From Burkholderiales bacterium (lineage in GTDB: Bacteria; Pseudomonadota; Gammaproteobacteria; Burkholderiales; Burkholderiaceae_D), in contig JBBQZO010000005.1 of NCBI GenBank assembly GCA_038207625.1, forward strand, positions 20,247-84,246: a DNA stretch of 64,000 nt. The letters run 5' to 3'. Each line of letters begins with the position of its first letter. The first letter of the stretch is position 1. Positions 28,197-39,324 of this stretch are shown piece by piece. A program made the translations under genes and the position numbers. The notes under the pieces were generated by a model. That model had not been told where the DNA came from, searched no databases, and saw nothing but the letters and a program-made list of their open reading frames with translations.

Positions 28197-29984
28197 ATGG
28201 ATCGTCGGAGATTTATACGTAGCGCGATGTACTTTACCGTCGCCAGTGCCACCCTGACCCTGTCCGCCTGCGGCAGCGGTGACGCGTCGGTTCCTCAGGA
28301 CAGCTTCAGCTTCCCGCTTGGCGTGGCCAGCGGCGATCCGAAGGAAGGCAGCGTCGTATTCTGGACCCGCTGCGTGGGCAGCAAAGGCCAGGACAGCATT
28401 CCGCTGCGTCTGGACGTGTCCACCAGCAGCAAGTTCGACACCGTCGTGGCCGTCGTCAATCTGATGGCGGTGCGCAAGTACGACTTCACCGTGCGCGCCA
28501 AGGTGCTCAACTTGCAGCCGGGCACCCAATACTACGACCGCTTCGTCGCCGGCCAGGACGTCAGCGTGGTCGGCCAGAGCAAGACCGCGCCGGCCGCCGC
28601 ATCGACCCCGGCCCAGTTGCGCTTCGCCTGGCTGACCTGCCAGGACTGGTCGATCAACCACTGGGCGGCAATGGAATCGCTGGCCACAGAAGACATTGAC
28701 TTCATGGTCCACCTGGGCGATTACATCTACGAAACCGTGGGCGCGTCGTTCCAGAGCGGCCAGGCCGAGCCGGCCCACACCCGCATCACGCTGCCCAACG
28801 GCTTGCCGCAGCAGGGCGGCGGCAGCGGCATCTACGCCAATTCGCTGGAAGACTACCGCACGCTGTACCGCACCTACCGCGGCGACGCGCGCCTGCAGGA
28901 ACTGCACCGCAAGTTCCCGATGATCGCCATCTGGGACGATCACGAATTCTCCGACGACTGCTGGCAGGATCATCAGACTTACAGCAACGAGAACAAGCAG
29001 GAAACGAGCCGTCGGCGCAACGCCAACCAGGCTTGGGCCGAGTACATGCCGATCGACTTCGGTGACCTTTCGTTCGACCTCGATAACGCCGCTTACGACA
29101 ACATCCGCATCTACCGCGACTTCAAGTTCGGCACCCTGATGCACCTGGTCATGACCGACGAGCGCCTGTACCGCGACGACCATCCGGTCGACGAAGCGGC
29201 CGTGGCGCTGTCGCTCGGGCACGATCCCATGGCGGGCAACGACGGCATCGGTGCACGCTACTTCGTGCCGGACCAGATCCTCAAGCAATTCGAAGGGCTC
29301 GACACCATCGTGCTGAAACACAGCCCCAGCATCTTGGGCACCACCCAGACGCAATGGTGGAAAGACACGCTCAAAGGCGCCAGCGCCAGCTGGAAAGTGT
29401 GGGGCAACGAAGTGACGCTCAACCGCATGTGGATTGACTTGCGCACTGCAGCGCCGCCACCTTACAACCAGCGCTACATCGTCAACGCCGACGCATGGGA
29501 CGGCTATCCGGCCCACCGCGCCGACCTGATGGGTTACCTGAAGGCGCAGTCGATCAAGAACGTCGTCGCCATCACCGGCGACCTGCATGCCTTCCAATGC
29601 GGCGTGATCCGCGACAATCCCGACCCGGCCATCGGTACCCCGGTGGCGGTCGACTTTGTCGCCGCCGGCATCAGCAGCAGCTCGTTCTACCAGTATCTGA
29701 AAGCGGGCGCCGGCAGCACGCCGCTGGCCGGTCTGGTGGCAACGCCAGCCACCTTTGACGGCGTGATCCGCGCACACAATCCGGACTTCGCCTATGTCGA
29801 TCATGACGCCCAGGGTTATGCCGTGGCGACCGTCACGGCGAGCGCCTTCACGGTGATGTTCAACAAGGTCAAGCCGCTCAATGCCGACGGCAGCAAGCCG
29901 GTCGCGCCACTGCTGCAAAAGCGCACCCGCATCACCTTGCAACTGGGCTCGACCACGCCGGTAGTGGAAGACAACGTCGCGTAA
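28197..29984 (+). CDS. phoD: alkaline phosphatase D family (PhoD), Tat-secreted lipoprotein
   Basis: Tat motif RRRFIRS with lipobox LSAC. 595 aa metallophosphatase domain. Confidence 0.85.
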   Translation: MDRRRFIRSAMYFTVASATLTLSACGSGDASVPQDSFSFPLGVASGDPKEGSVVFWTRCVGSKGQDSIPLRLDVSTSSKFDTVVAVVNLMAVRKYDFTVRAKVLNLQPGTQYYDRFVAGQDVSVVGQSKTAPAAASTPAQLRFAWLTCQDWSINHWAAMESLATEDIDFMVHLGDYIYETVGASFQSGQAEPAHTRITLPNGLPQQGGGSGIYANSLEDYRTLYRTYRGDARLQELHRKFPMIAIWDDHEFSDDCWQDHQTYSNENKQETSRRRNANQAWAEYMPIDFGDLSFDLDNAAYDNIRIYRDFKFGTLMHLVMTDERLYRDDHPVDEAAVALSLGHDPMAGNDGIGARYFVPDQILKQFEGLDTIVLKHSPSILGTTQTQWWKDTLKGASASWKVWGNEVTLNRMWIDLRTAAPPPYNQRYIVNADAWDGYPAHRADLMGYLKAQSIKNVVAITGDLHAFQCGVIRDNPDPAIGTPVAVDFVAAGISSSSFYQYLKAGAGSTPLAGLVATPATFDGVIRAHNPDFAYVDHDAQGYAVATVTASAFTVMFNKVKPLNADGSKPVAPLLQKRTRITLQLGSTTPVVEDNVA

Positions 29985-30006
29985 AGACGCGCGTCAAACT
30001 GTCAAA

Positions 30007-30045
30007 CAGGGCCGTTTGGCAATGCCAACGGCCCTGTTTTTTTTT
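30007..30045. terminator. bidirectional rho-independent terminator between convergent genes
   Basis: cagggccgtt-tggcaatgcc-aacggccctg followed by T9, preceded by an A-rich stretch. Confidence 0.8.
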
Positions 30046-30097
30046 GCGCACAAACCGCGGCGCCTCGCAGCGCGCCGCCGCACGATCCGACCCGCCA

Positions 30098-30490
30098 CTA
30101 CGGCGTTTGATAACGCACCGTCACGTCGGTGCCAAAGCCGCTGTCGTCAGGCTGAAACACCATCCTTAGCTTGTCATCCTTGGACACGAACATGTTCGTC
30201 GCAACGGGCATCACCTCGGTTTCCGGCTGGCCCGCCACGTCCGCCATATAGCGGTTCTGCACTTTCGTGATACGCAAAGTCGCACCGTTGTCCAGAGTGT
30301 ACGCTCCGCCGATATACAAAAACTCGTCCGGAGCGAGGTAGTACTTGGTGTGCGGAATATTTTCGATTTGCATCGATGCCGATGGTGTCACGGCCGCAGC
30401 GCTGGTGGCAATGACCGGCGCGGCGCTGGCCGACGAGACCAAAGCCAAACCACTCAGCAGTGAAGCGATAGTTGTTTTGCACATGATCAA
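30098..30490 (-). CDS. secreted hypothetical protein
   Basis: 130 aa with an N-terminal signal peptide. Confidence 0.5.
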   Translation of the reverse strand: MIMCKTTIASLLSGLALVSSASAAPVIATSAAAVTPSASMQIENIPHTKYYLAPDEFLYIGGAYTLDNGATLRITKVQNRYMADVAGQPETEVMPVATNMFVSKDDKLRMVFQPDDSGFGTDVTVRYQTP

Positions 30491-30691
30491 TCCTTACCGA
30501 TTTTCGTTCAACAATCCGGACCATCGAACGTCTGGCGAACACCGCACGCCGACCGCCCGGCCCATGTTTCAACAGAAATCGTCATGACGCTTTGGAGGCC
30601 GCATGGCGATACTTTTAATGTAGTCCATGCTCAGCCAAGACGATAGAAAAAAGCGACCGTCGGCATCAAGGCCGGGACAGACGGCGGAATT

Positions 30692-30707
30692 TGGCACCTC
30701 AAATGCA
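30692..30707 (+). promoter_or_regulatory. candidate sigma54 (-24/-12) promoter upstream of the flotillin-like gene
   Basis: TGGCAC-ctcaaa-TGCA with correct GG-N10-GC spacing, 320 bp upstream of the 31028 start. Confidence 0.3.
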
Positions 30708-31027
30708 GTGCCTCGCTGAGGCCTTGTCAGCGCGTCGCGGCGCACGCCGAAAGATGCAAATAGGCATGCAAGGCGCATCGATCTGTGCCAGAATAGTTGC
30801 ATGCACTTTATTCAAGAGCATCAAAAGAACACTGTGAACTTATCCACAATTTGCGTGCAGTCTGCGCATACCTGTCTGCCTGTGACATCCGGCGTACGCG
30901 CCTTCCCATTCCCCTGTTTTGCCACTGCACAGCAAGCACGTCTGAGCGCGCGCGCCGTGCCGCCAGCGTGCCGCATGCTCAGGACAGAAAACCCATTCCC
31001 AGCCTTACCCACAACCGAAAGTCCTTC

Positions 31028-32974
31028 ATGACAAGCCTGTTTTCAAGCAGCGATAGCGTGTCCGCCTTTGTCATACTTTTAGTCGTCCTGCTCGCCTGCG
31101 CCCTGCTCCTCAAACTGGCCGGCGTCGTCAAATATATTCCCAACGACCGCATCGGCGTCGTCGAAAAACTGTGGAGTTCGTCCGGCTCGGTGCAAAGCGG
31201 TTTGCTGGCCTTGCAAGGTGAAGCCGGCCTGCAAGCGGAACTGCGCCGTGGGGGCTTCCACTTCTTCGCGCCCTTCCAATTTCGCGTACACATCCACCCG
31301 ATGGTGTCGGTCACGCAAGGAACCATCGCGTATGTATTCGCGCGCGACGGCATCGATCTGCCGGCCGGCCAGACGCTGGCCGACAACGCCGGCGTGGCCG
31401 ATTTTCGCGACGTACGCGCCTTCCTGGTGGGCGGCGGACAAAAGGGGCCCCAGCGCAAGATCCTGCGCGAAGGCACCCACATCATCAACCCGGCGCTGTT
31501 TGTCGTGATGACGGGCGAGGCGACGTATTCGATGTCGCTCGACGTGCAGGAAAAACTGTATTACGAGCAAATGCGCAGCGTGCTCGATGAGCGTAGCGGC
31601 TTTACCCCGGTCGTCATCAAGGAAGTGACCGGCTCGCATGATTCGGATCAGCTGGCGGTCGTCACCGTGCAGGACGGCCCCGGCCTGCTCAAGGACGAGC
31701 TGCTCGCGCCCGACGTGGGCGATAACCACAACGCGTTCCAGGAGCCGGAAAAATTTCTCGCCGCCGGCGGACGACGCGGGCGCCAGGAGCGCGTGCTGGT
31801 CGAAGGCACTTACTTCATCAACCGCCTGTTTGCCACTGTCGAGTTCATCAAGAAAACGGTGATCCCGGTCGGCTTCGCCGGCGTCGTGGTGTCGTACACG
31901 GGACGCAAGGGCGACGACTTGTCGGGCATGGAATACAGCCACGGCGAACTCGTTGAGAGCGGCTGCCGCGGGGTCTGGCGCGATCCGCTGATGCCGGGCA
32001 AGTATGCCTTCAACACCTACGCCGGCAAGATCGAACTGGTCCCCACCACCAACTTCGTGCTGATGTGGCAGTCCGGCGCCAGCGGCTCGAACTTCGACGC
32101 CAACCTGCGCGAAATCACGCTCATCACCAAAGACGCGTTCGAGCCGCAATTGCCGCTGTCGGTGGTGGTGCACATCGACTACCGCAAGGCGCCGATGGTG
32201 GTGCAGCGCTTTGGCAACGTGGCCCAACTGGTCGAACAGACGCTCGACCCGATGGTGTCGTCCTACTTCAAAAACGTTTCGCAGACCAAGACCTTCATCG
32301 AGCTGATCCAGTCGCGCGCCGAGCTGCAGAGCAACGCCTCGGCCGAGATGAAGATGCGCTTCCAGGCCTATTCGCTGGAGTTCCAGGAGGTGCTGATCGG
32401 CACGCCGAAACCGCAGGCGGGCGACACCAAGATCGAAAATATCATGGCCCAGCTGCGCGACCGCCAGATCGCGCGCGAGCAGGTTGAGACGTTCGCGCAA
32501 AAACAGATCGCCGCCGACAAGGAGCGCGAACTGAACGAGGCCGAACAGCGCGCCGCCAAACAGAAGGAGCTGACCGGCTCGCTGGTGGACATCTCGATCA
32601 AGGAAAACCAGGGCTCGGCCAACGTCAAGGCGGCCGAGAAAAAGCGCCAGGAAATCGAGGCGCTGGCCCAGGGCGAAAAGTTCAAGCAGGAGATGGAGGG
32701 TTCCGGACGCGCATCGGCGATCCGCTCGGTGGGCGAGGCCGAGGCGGCCGCGATCCACGCCAAGTCCGAAGCGATGCAGGGCGAAGGCGCCGACAAGCAA
32801 CTGATGCAAACGGTAATGTTGCGTCTGGCCGAAGCGTTTGAAACGGCCAAGGTGCCGCTGGTGCCGCAGATCCAGCTCGGCGGCGGCGACAGCAACGCTT
32901 TCACCACTTTGATGAGCCTGATGGGTTCGCTGAAGGCGGGCGAGCTGGCCCAGTCGCTGAAGAGAGAAGCATAG
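31028..32974 (+). CDS. SPFH/band-7 flotillin-like protein (YqiK/FloT-like)
   Basis: Start MTSLFSS. N-terminal TM segment, SPFH domain, long Glu/Lys/Ala-rich coiled coil. Confidence 0.85.
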   Translation: MTSLFSSSDSVSAFVILLVVLLACALLLKLAGVVKYIPNDRIGVVEKLWSSSGSVQSGLLALQGEAGLQAELRRGGFHFFAPFQFRVHIHPMVSVTQGTIAYVFARDGIDLPAGQTLADNAGVADFRDVRAFLVGGGQKGPQRKILREGTHIINPALFVVMTGEATYSMSLDVQEKLYYEQMRSVLDERSGFTPVVIKEVTGSHDSDQLAVVTVQDGPGLLKDELLAPDVGDNHNAFQEPEKFLAAGGRRGRQERVLVEGTYFINRLFATVEFIKKTVIPVGFAGVVVSYTGRKGDDLSGMEYSHGELVESGCRGVWRDPLMPGKYAFNTYAGKIELVPTTNFVLMWQSGASGSNFDANLREITLITKDAFEPQLPLSVVVHIDYRKAPMVVQRFGNVAQLVEQTLDPMVSSYFKNVSQTKTFIELIQSRAELQSNASAEMKMRFQAYSLEFQEVLIGTPKPQAGDTKIENIMAQLRDRQIAREQVETFAQKQIAADKERELNEAEQRAAKQKELTGSLVDISIKENQGSANVKAAEKKRQEIEALAQGEKFKQEMEGSGRASAIRSVGEAEAAAIHAKSEAMQGEGADKQLMQTVMLRLAEAFETAKVPLVPQIQLGGGDSNAFTTLMSLMGSLKAGELAQSLKREA

Positions 32975-33029
32975 CCAGCGCACGTCACCGCGAACGAAGC
33001 GCAAGCGGACTTGACATCGACGGCGCAAT

Positions 33030-33340
33030 CAAAGAATCGGAAAGAATCGGGGACAGCAACTGTCTTGCGAAAGAATCGGGGACAGACGGGAAAGAGAAGA
33101 ATCGGGGACAGACCCGGAAGAATCGGGGACGAAGAGTCGGGGACAGACCCGGGTTTCAGGGAAACTTTCCCAAATTGATGGGTGACTATTTCCTGAAAAC
33201 ACGGGTCTGTCCCCGATTTGCGGGTCTGTCCCCGATTTGCGATTTCCTGAAAACACGGGTCTGTCCCCGATTTGCGCGGGTCTGTCCCCGATTTGCGCGG
33301 TCCCCTATTTGCGCGGGTCTGTCCCCGATTTGCGGGTTCA
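33030..33340. repeat. mirrored array of a 16-20 bp motif (GAATCGGGGACAGAC x~6 on the left arm, GGGTCTGTCCCCGATTTGCG x~6 on the right arm) around a central nested inverted repeat
   Basis: Non-coding sequence between convergent genes. The arms are reverse complements of each other. The central element tttcagggaaa / tttcctgaaaacac is duplicated. Confidence 0.85.
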
Positions 33341-33446
33341 TCGCACAAATTACTCTGACCCCGCTTTCGCGCACCGAAGTCAGCAGCGCGCAACGATCAA
33401 AGCCAGCGCAGTACGCGCGTCGAGGCCCGCGCGAGCTCCGCAGCAG

Positions 33447-36400
33447 TCAGCGAACGCGCCGCAACTGCCTGCGGCGCAGCAGCAAATACACCGCAGGCAC
33501 CACAAACATCGACAGCAGCGGCGCGCTCACCATGCCGCCCACCATCGGCGCGGCGATGCGCTGCATCACTTCCGAGCCGCTGCCCTCGCCCAGCATCACC
33601 GGCACCAGTCCGGCGATGATCACTGCCACCGTCATCGCCTTAGGGCGCACGCGCAGCACCGCGCCTTCACGGATCGCGTCCAGCAGATCGCTCTCCTCGC
33701 ACTTGCCGGCGGCTGTGCGCGCATCCCACGCATGCTTTAGATACAGCAGCATGATCACGCCAAATTCAGCCGCCACGCCGGCCAGCGCGATGAAGCCCAC
33801 TCCGCTGGCCACCGACAGATTGTGCCCCAGCGCCCACAACAACCAAAAGCCGCCGGCCAGCGCGAACGGCAGCGTCGCCATGATCAGCGCGGCCTCGTCA
33901 AGCCGCTGGAAAGTCAGGTACAGCAGCACAAAGATGATCAACAAGGTAGCCGGCACCACGATTTTCAAGCGCGCACTGGCGCGCTCCAGATACTCGAACT
34001 GGCCCGACCACGAGATCGAATATCCGGCCGGCAGCACCACTTGCTGGGCCACCGCCTGCTGCATCGCGCGCACCGCCGAACTGAGGTCGCGCCCGCGAAT
34101 GTCCACGTACACCCAGCCCGACAGGCGCGCGTTTTCGCTCTTCAGCATGGGCGGGCCGTCCTGGATGCGGATGGTGGACACGTCGCCCAGCCGGATCTGC
34201 GCGCCACGTTCGGTCAGCAACGGCAGCGCGCGCAGCTTCTCGAGCGAGTCGCGCACTTCGCGCGGATAACGCACATTGATCGGAAAGCGCTGCAAACCCT
34301 CCACCGTCTCGCCGATGTTGTCGCCCCCGATCGCGGCCGCCACCACGCTGTGCACGTCGGCGATGTTCAGGCCGTAGCGCGCCGCCGCGTCGCGGTCAAT
34401 GTCGATGTCGACGTAGCGCCCGCCATTGAGCCGCTCGGCCAGCGCCGACGACACGCCCGGCACCGGGCGCAGCACGCGCTCGATGTCGGCCGTGATACGG
34501 TCGATCTCCTTCAGACTCACGCCGGCCACCTTGACGCCGACCGGACTCTTGATGCCGGTGGCCAGCATGTCGATCCGGTTGCGGATCGGCGGCACCCAGA
34601 TGTTCGACAAGCCCGGCACCTGCACGATGCGATCCAACTCGGCCACCAGCTTGTCGCTCGTCATACCAAAGCGCCACTGCGCGCGCGGCTTGAACTGAAT
34701 GGTCGTCTCGAACATCTCCAGCGGCGCCGGGTCGGTGGCCGACTCGGCCCGCCCGGCCTTGCCGAACACGCTTTGCACCTCCGGCACCGTCTTGATCAGG
34801 CGGTCGGTCTGCTGCAGCAGTTGCGCCACCTTGCCCGCGCCGATGCCGGGCAGCGCCGACGGCATATACAGCACGTCGCCCTCGTCCAGCGGCGGCATGA
34901 ACTCGCCGCCCAATTGCGACAGCGGCCACAGCGTCGCCAGCGCGATCAGTCCGGCGCCGACCAGCGTCGTCTTCGGATGGCGCAGCACGACGTCGAGCAG
35001 GGGCCGGTACAGCGCGATCAACAAGCGGTTAATTGGATTGCTGCGTTCGTCGGGAATGCGTCCGCGAATCAGGTAGCCCATCAGCACCGGAATCAAGGTC
35101 ACCGCCAGCGCGGCGGCGGCGGCCATCGAGTAGGTCTTGGTAAATGCCAGCGGCGCGAACAGCCGGCCTTCCTGCGCCTCCAGCGTGAACACCGGGATGA
35201 ACGACAGCACGATGATCAGCAGCGAAAAGAACAGCGCCGGCCCGACCTCGGCGGCGGCGTCGCCGATCACGCGCCAGTGCTCGTCTCCGGACAGCTCCGC
35301 ATCGGGATGCGCGTGGCGCCACTGCTCGATGTGCTTGTGCGCGTTCTCGATCATCACCACCGCCGCATCGACCATCGCGCCGATCGCGATCGCGATCCCG
35401 CCCAGCGACATGATGTTGGCGTTCACGCCCTGATAGTACATCACCACGTAGGCCGCCAGTATCCCCAGCGGCAGCGAGACGATCGCCACCAGCGCCGAGC
35501 GCACGTGAAACAGGAACACGGCGCACACCAGCGCGACGACGATGAATTCTTCGATCAGCTTGTGTTCCAGATTGTCGACCGCGCGCACGATCAGGTTCGA
35601 GCGATCATAAGTGGGCACGATCTCCACGCCCGCCGGCAAACTGGCCTTGAGCAGCGCCAGCTTGGCCTTCACCACAGCGATCGTGGCCAGCGCGTTTTTA
35701 CCGGAGCGCATCACGATCACGCCGCCGGCCACCTCGCCCTCGCCATTCAGGTCGGCGATCCCGCGCCGCATCTCCGGCCCGATCTGGATGCGCGCCACGT
35801 CGCCCAAGCGCACCGCCACCCCGGCATCGCTGGTGCGCAGCGGGATCTTGCGGAAGTCGTCCAGCGATTGCAGATAGCCGGACGCGCGCACCATGTATTC
35901 GGCCTCACCCAGCTCCAGCAGCGAGCCGCCGGTTTCCTGGTTGGCGCGCTGGACCGCCGCAATCACCATGCCGTGCGGGATGTTAAACGCGCGCAGCTTG
36001 TCCGGGTCCAGCACGATCTGGTACTGGCGCACCATGCCGCCGATGCTGGCCACCTCGGCCACGTTGGGAACCGCTTTCAGCTCGTACTTCAAAAACCAGT
36101 CCTGCAGCGCACGCAGCTGCGACAGATCGAGCTTGCCGCTGCGGTCCACCAGCGCGTATTCGTAGACCCAGCCGACCCCGGTCGCGTCCGGCCCCAGCGC
36201 GGTCTTGGCTTGCGCGGGCAGGCGCGCCTGCACCTGGTTCAGGTATTCCAGCACGCGCGAACGGGCCCAGTACGGGTCGGTGCCGTCCTCGAACAGGATG
36301 TAGACGAACGAGTCGCCGAAGAACGAATAACCGCGCACGGTTTTTGCGCCCGGCACCGACAGCATCGTTGTCGTCAACGGATAGGTCACCTGGTTTTCGA

Positions 36401-36581
36401 CGATCTGCGGTGCCTGCCCCGGCAAGCTGGTGCGAATGATCACCTGCACGTCGGACAGGTCCGGAATCGCGTCAAGCGGCGTGCGCCCCAGCGCCCACAC
36501 GCCCCAGGCGGTGACGACGAGCGTCGCCAACAGCACCAGCACGCGGTTGGCGATCGACCAGCGTATCAGTTTGGCGATCAT
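33447..36581 (-). CDS. cusA: heavy-metal (Cu/Ag) efflux RND transporter
   Basis: 1044 aa, CusA/CzcA family. Confidence 0.9.
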   Translation of the reverse strand: MIAKLIRWSIANRVLVLLATLVVTAWGVWALGRTPLDAIPDLSDVQVIIRTSLPGQAPQIVENQVTYPLTTTMLSVPGAKTVRGYSFFGDSFVYILFEDGTDPYWARSRVLEYLNQVQARLPAQAKTALGPDATGVGWVYEYALVDRSGKLDLSQLRALQDWFLKYELKAVPNVAEVASIGGMVRQYQIVLDPDKLRAFNIPHGMVIAAVQRANQETGGSLLELGEAEYMVRASGYLQSLDDFRKIPLRTSDAGVAVRLGDVARIQIGPEMRRGIADLNGEGEVAGGVIVMRSGKNALATIAVVKAKLALLKASLPAGVEIVPTYDRSNLIVRAVDNLEHKLIEEFIVVALVCAVFLFHVRSALVAIVSLPLGILAAYVVMYYQGVNANIMSLGGIAIAIGAMVDAAVVMIENAHKHIEQWRHAHPDAELSGDEHWRVIGDAAAEVGPALFFSLLIIVLSFIPVFTLEAQEGRLFAPLAFTKTYSMAAAAALAVTLIPVLMGYLIRGRIPDERSNPINRLLIALYRPLLDVVLRHPKTTLVGAGLIALATLWPLSQLGGEFMPPLDEGDVLYMPSALPGIGAGKVAQLLQQTDRLIKTVPEVQSVFGKAGRAESATDPAPLEMFETTIQFKPRAQWRFGMTSDKLVAELDRIVQVPGLSNIWVPPIRNRIDMLATGIKSPVGVKVAGVSLKEIDRITADIERVLRPVPGVSSALAERLNGGRYVDIDIDRDAAARYGLNIADVHSVVAAAIGGDNIGETVEGLQRFPINVRYPREVRDSLEKLRALPLLTERGAQIRLGDVSTIRIQDGPPMLKSENARLSGWVYVDIRGRDLSSAVRAMQQAVAQQVVLPAGYSISWSGQFEYLERASARLKIVVPATLLIIFVLLYLTFQRLDEAALIMATLPFALAGGFWLLWALGHNLSVASGVGFIALAGVAAEFGVIMLLYLKHAWDARTAAGKCEESDLLDAIREGAVLRVRPKAMTVAVIIAGLVPVMLGEGSGSEVMQRIAAPMVGGMVSAPLLSMFVVPAVYLLLRRRQLRRVR

Positions 36582-37927
36582 TTGGCCGCTCCGTGCAGCG
36601 GGTCGGCCGCTGCGTGCCCAGGCGCTGGGCGCGTGCCTGCTGGTGTCGCCGGTATCGCCGGTATCGCCGGTGTCGCTGGTGTCATCGCGGCGCCGCCCGA
36701 CGCCGCTGTGGGAGCCATCCGGGCCACGCTGCCTTTCAGGCTGGCCTCCGAGTCGAGCAGAAACTGGCCGGACACGACCACCATCTGGCCCGCTTCAAGC
36801 CCCTTGCGAATCTCGGATTGCCCGTTCGCTTCCGCGCCCAGCTCGACGTCGACCGCGCCAAATCGTCCCTCGCCCTGCGCCAGCATCACGACACTGCGCG
36901 TGCCGGTCTGGATCACCGCCTCGGTTGGCACCAGCAGCACGTCGGAGGCCGGCGTGCCCGCCAACGTGAGCGTGGCGAACATGCCTGGCACCAGCTGGCC
37001 ATGCGGATTGGCCAGCTCGATGCGCGCCTTGAGCGTGCGCGTGGCCGGATTCACGTCCGGCAGCAGCGCACCGACTTTGCCTTTGAAAACCACGCCCGGC
37101 AAAGCTGGCGCGCGCGCCTCCACGATTGCGCCCGGCCGCACACCTGCGCTGGCACTTTCCGGCACGTCGGCGTTGAGCCACACGGTATCGACACCGTTGA
37201 TGCGAAACAGCGGCGCGCCCGCTTGTACCGTCATGCCTTCGCGCGCACTGAGTTCAACCACCACGCCGCTACGCGGCGCGACGATGGTCAGGCGCGGCTG
37301 CACCTTGGCGCTTTTCTCCACCAGTTGAATCTGCGCGTCGTTCATGCCGACCAGACGCATGCGCTGGCGCGCCGCATCTTGCAGCGTCTCCATGCCGGCC
37401 ATGTGCCGCACGCTCAAAAATTCTTCCTGCGCCGCGATCCAGTCCGGCACATACAGCTCGGCCAGCGCCTGCCCCTTGGCGACCGCATCGAGCGCGGCGC
37501 GCACGTACAGACGCTCCACGTAGCCGTTGCTGCGCGCCTGTACCAGCACCGCGTCGCGCTCGTTGTAGGCGATGCTGCCGACCGCTGTCAACGCTTGCGC
37601 AAGACTGGCGCGCGTGACAGCGGTGGTGCGTATGCCCAGGTTCTGCTGCATGCGCGGACTGATCGTCACGCCGCCCGCGTCGGCGCCTTCGCTGGCGTAC
37701 ACCGGCACCAGTTGCATGTCCATGAAGGGCGACTTGCCGGGCTTGTCGAAACGCTGACCGGGCACCATCGGGTCCTGCCAATACAGCGGTTTTTTGGCCA
37801 CGACAGGCACGGTCGCCAGCGCGGCCGATGCGATCTGGTGGTGCAGGCCAGCCCAGTACAAACCATAACCGCCCAGACCAAGCACGGCGGCCGCGCTCAG
37901 CGCGACAAAAATTTGGGACTGCTTCAT
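36578..37927 (-). CDS. cusB: Cu/Ag efflux RND periplasmic adaptor
   Basis: Start MKQSQIF. Met-rich N-terminus ([27 protein letters not shown]). Pro/Ala/Thr-rich C-terminal extension. 4-bp overlaps with cusC and cusA. Confidence 0.85.
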   Translation of the reverse strand: MKQSQIFVALSAAAVLGLGGYGLYWAGLHHQIASAALATVPVVAKKPLYWQDPMVPGQRFDKPGKSPFMDMQLVPVYASEGADAGGVTISPRMQQNLGIRTTAVTRASLAQALTAVGSIAYNERDAVLVQARSNGYVERLYVRAALDAVAKGQALAELYVPDWIAAQEEFLSVRHMAGMETLQDAARQRMRLVGMNDAQIQLVEKSAKVQPRLTIVAPRSGVVVELSAREGMTVQAGAPLFRINGVDTVWLNADVPESASAGVRPGAIVEARAPALPGVVFKGKVGALLPDVNPATRTLKARIELANPHGQLVPGMFATLTLAGTPASDVLLVPTEAVIQTGTRSVVMLAQGEGRFGAVDVELGAEANGQSEIRKGLEAGQMVVVSGQFLLDSEASLKGSVARMAPTAASGGAAMTPATPAIPAIPATPAGTRPAPGHAAADPLHGAAK

Positions 37928-39249
37928 TTGGTTTCCCCGTTCGGAGCGCTGCTTGGATTGGTGGACGGGCGCAGTTGCGGCACCACGAAAGTGAGTTGGG
38001 CCCACAGCCGTGCGCCGTCGGCCTGCAATTGGAGCGCCTGCAGCTTGACGTCGATCTCGCCGCGGCGCGCGGCCAGCAGATCGGCCAGCGTCGCCTTGCC
38101 GCCGCGGTAGGCGCCCAGCAGCGCGTCGCTGCGCTCGTGCGCCAGCGGCAGCAGATCGCGCATGTAACGCTGTTGGCGCTGGCGCAGGCTGTCCCATTCG
38201 TCGAATTGCGCGCGGATCTCGAAACCGTGTTCGCGCTGCGCCTCTTCGCGCTCGGCCTTGGCCTGTTCGAGCTGCGCCAATTTGGCCGACAGCTCGCGGT
38301 CCTGCCGGTGCGCGCGATCCCACTGCAGCGGCAGCGACACGCCCACCGACAGCATGTTGGCAAAAGCCGGCCCGCGCTGCTGGTACGCGACCTCGACGCT
38401 CCAGTCGGCGCGCTGGTTGGCGCGCGCCAGATTCGCTTCGGCCTGGGCGATCTGCTCCTGGCGCGCCATCACCGCGATCTGCGGGTGGTGGGCCACCTGC
38501 GCATCGGCCGCCGCGCCGTCGAATGGCAGCGCGTCGGTGGACGGCGCGTCCGCCAGCGGCCCTTGCGCGGCGTCGCCGACCCAGCGCGCCAGCCGCGTCG
38601 TGGCGGCACGCACCCGCTGCGCAAATTCGCTGATCCGGTCGTCGGCGCCGGCCACCGCGCCGCGTGCCGCGAACACATCGGCCTGGCTAACACGTCCGCC
38701 GCGATAGCCACCTTCCGCCGCCACCAGTTCAAGACGCGCTTGTGCCGCCTGCTCGGCCACCAGGGCCGCCATCCGCTCGGCAAAATATCGATCCAGCCAA
38801 GCGACGGCGGTGTCGCGCTCCAGCGCGGCCTGCGTGTCCGCCTTGGCCAGCTGCGACTTGTCCGCGCCCAGCGACAGCGCTTCGGCGCGCCAGCGACGCT
38901 TGTCGGCGCCAGTCCATTCCTGCATCAAACCGACCCGGCGCATGGTCATGAAGTCGCCATTCACGCTGAATCGGTCGGCGCCGCTGAGCGGCAAATTGTC
39001 GATCCCCATTTTGAGGACCGGGTCGGGCAGTTGGGCGGCGGCCTGGGCCTGCTCGCGCGCGGCGGCGCTGGCGAAATCGAGACTGACCAGCTGGCGCGAA
39101 CGCAGTGCGGCGAGGCGCTGCGCCTCGGCCAGCGTCAGTGGCGCGTCGGCGCCGGCAGCGGCGCACGACAGCAACGCCACTGCCACGCACAGGGCGAGGT
39201 GGGAAAAGCGGGTGCGCCGGAAATGAGGCGCGGCAAACGGGGATGACAT
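37924..39249 (-). CDS. cusC: outer-membrane efflux factor (TolC family) of the cus system
   Basis: Start MSSPFAAP with signal peptide. 441 aa of OEP repeats. Confidence 0.8.
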   Translation of the reverse strand: MSSPFAAPHFRRTRFSHLALCVAVALLSCAAAGADAPLTLAEAQRLAALRSRQLVSLDFASAAAREQAQAAAQLPDPVLKMGIDNLPLSGADRFSVNGDFMTMRRVGLMQEWTGADKRRWRAEALSLGADKSQLAKADTQAALERDTAVAWLDRYFAERMAALVAEQAAQARLELVAAEGGYRGGRVSQADVFAARGAVAGADDRISEFAQRVRAATTRLARWVGDAAQGPLADAPSTDALPFDGAAADAQVAHHPQIAVMARQEQIAQAEANLARANQRADWSVEVAYQQRGPAFANMLSVGVSLPLQWDRAHRQDRELSAKLAQLEQAKAEREEAQREHGFEIRAQFDEWDSLRQRQQRYMRDLLPLAHERSDALLGAYRGGKATLADLLAARRGEIDVKLQALQLQADGARLWAQLTFVVPQLRPSTNPSSAPNGETK

Positions 39250-39324
39250 GAAACCTCCAGAAAGCGATAGGCAACATCGCCGCCGCGCGCTGCGGGGCAA
39301 TGACGGGCTAGGCGATCTGGCGGA

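Noticed and set aside
31079-33028. 649-aa reverse ORF
   Set aside because: Antisense to the flotillin-like gene. Low-complexity Arg/Leu/Gly translation.
33030-33340. Possible CRISPR array
   Set aside because: Repeats are 16-20 bp with almost no intervening unique spacers. They occur as two mirror-image arms and no cas genes are nearby.
32368-33393. 341-aa reverse ORF and several ~60-75 aa ORFs with reiterated PRKSGTD / QIGDRP peptides
   Set aside because: They are read-through of the mirrored DNA repeat array. The repetitive peptides reflect the DNA repeats, not a gene.
33822-37328. 1168-aa + strand ORF
   Set aside because: Antisense to cusA and cusB. An open frame of this size is a GC-skew artifact.
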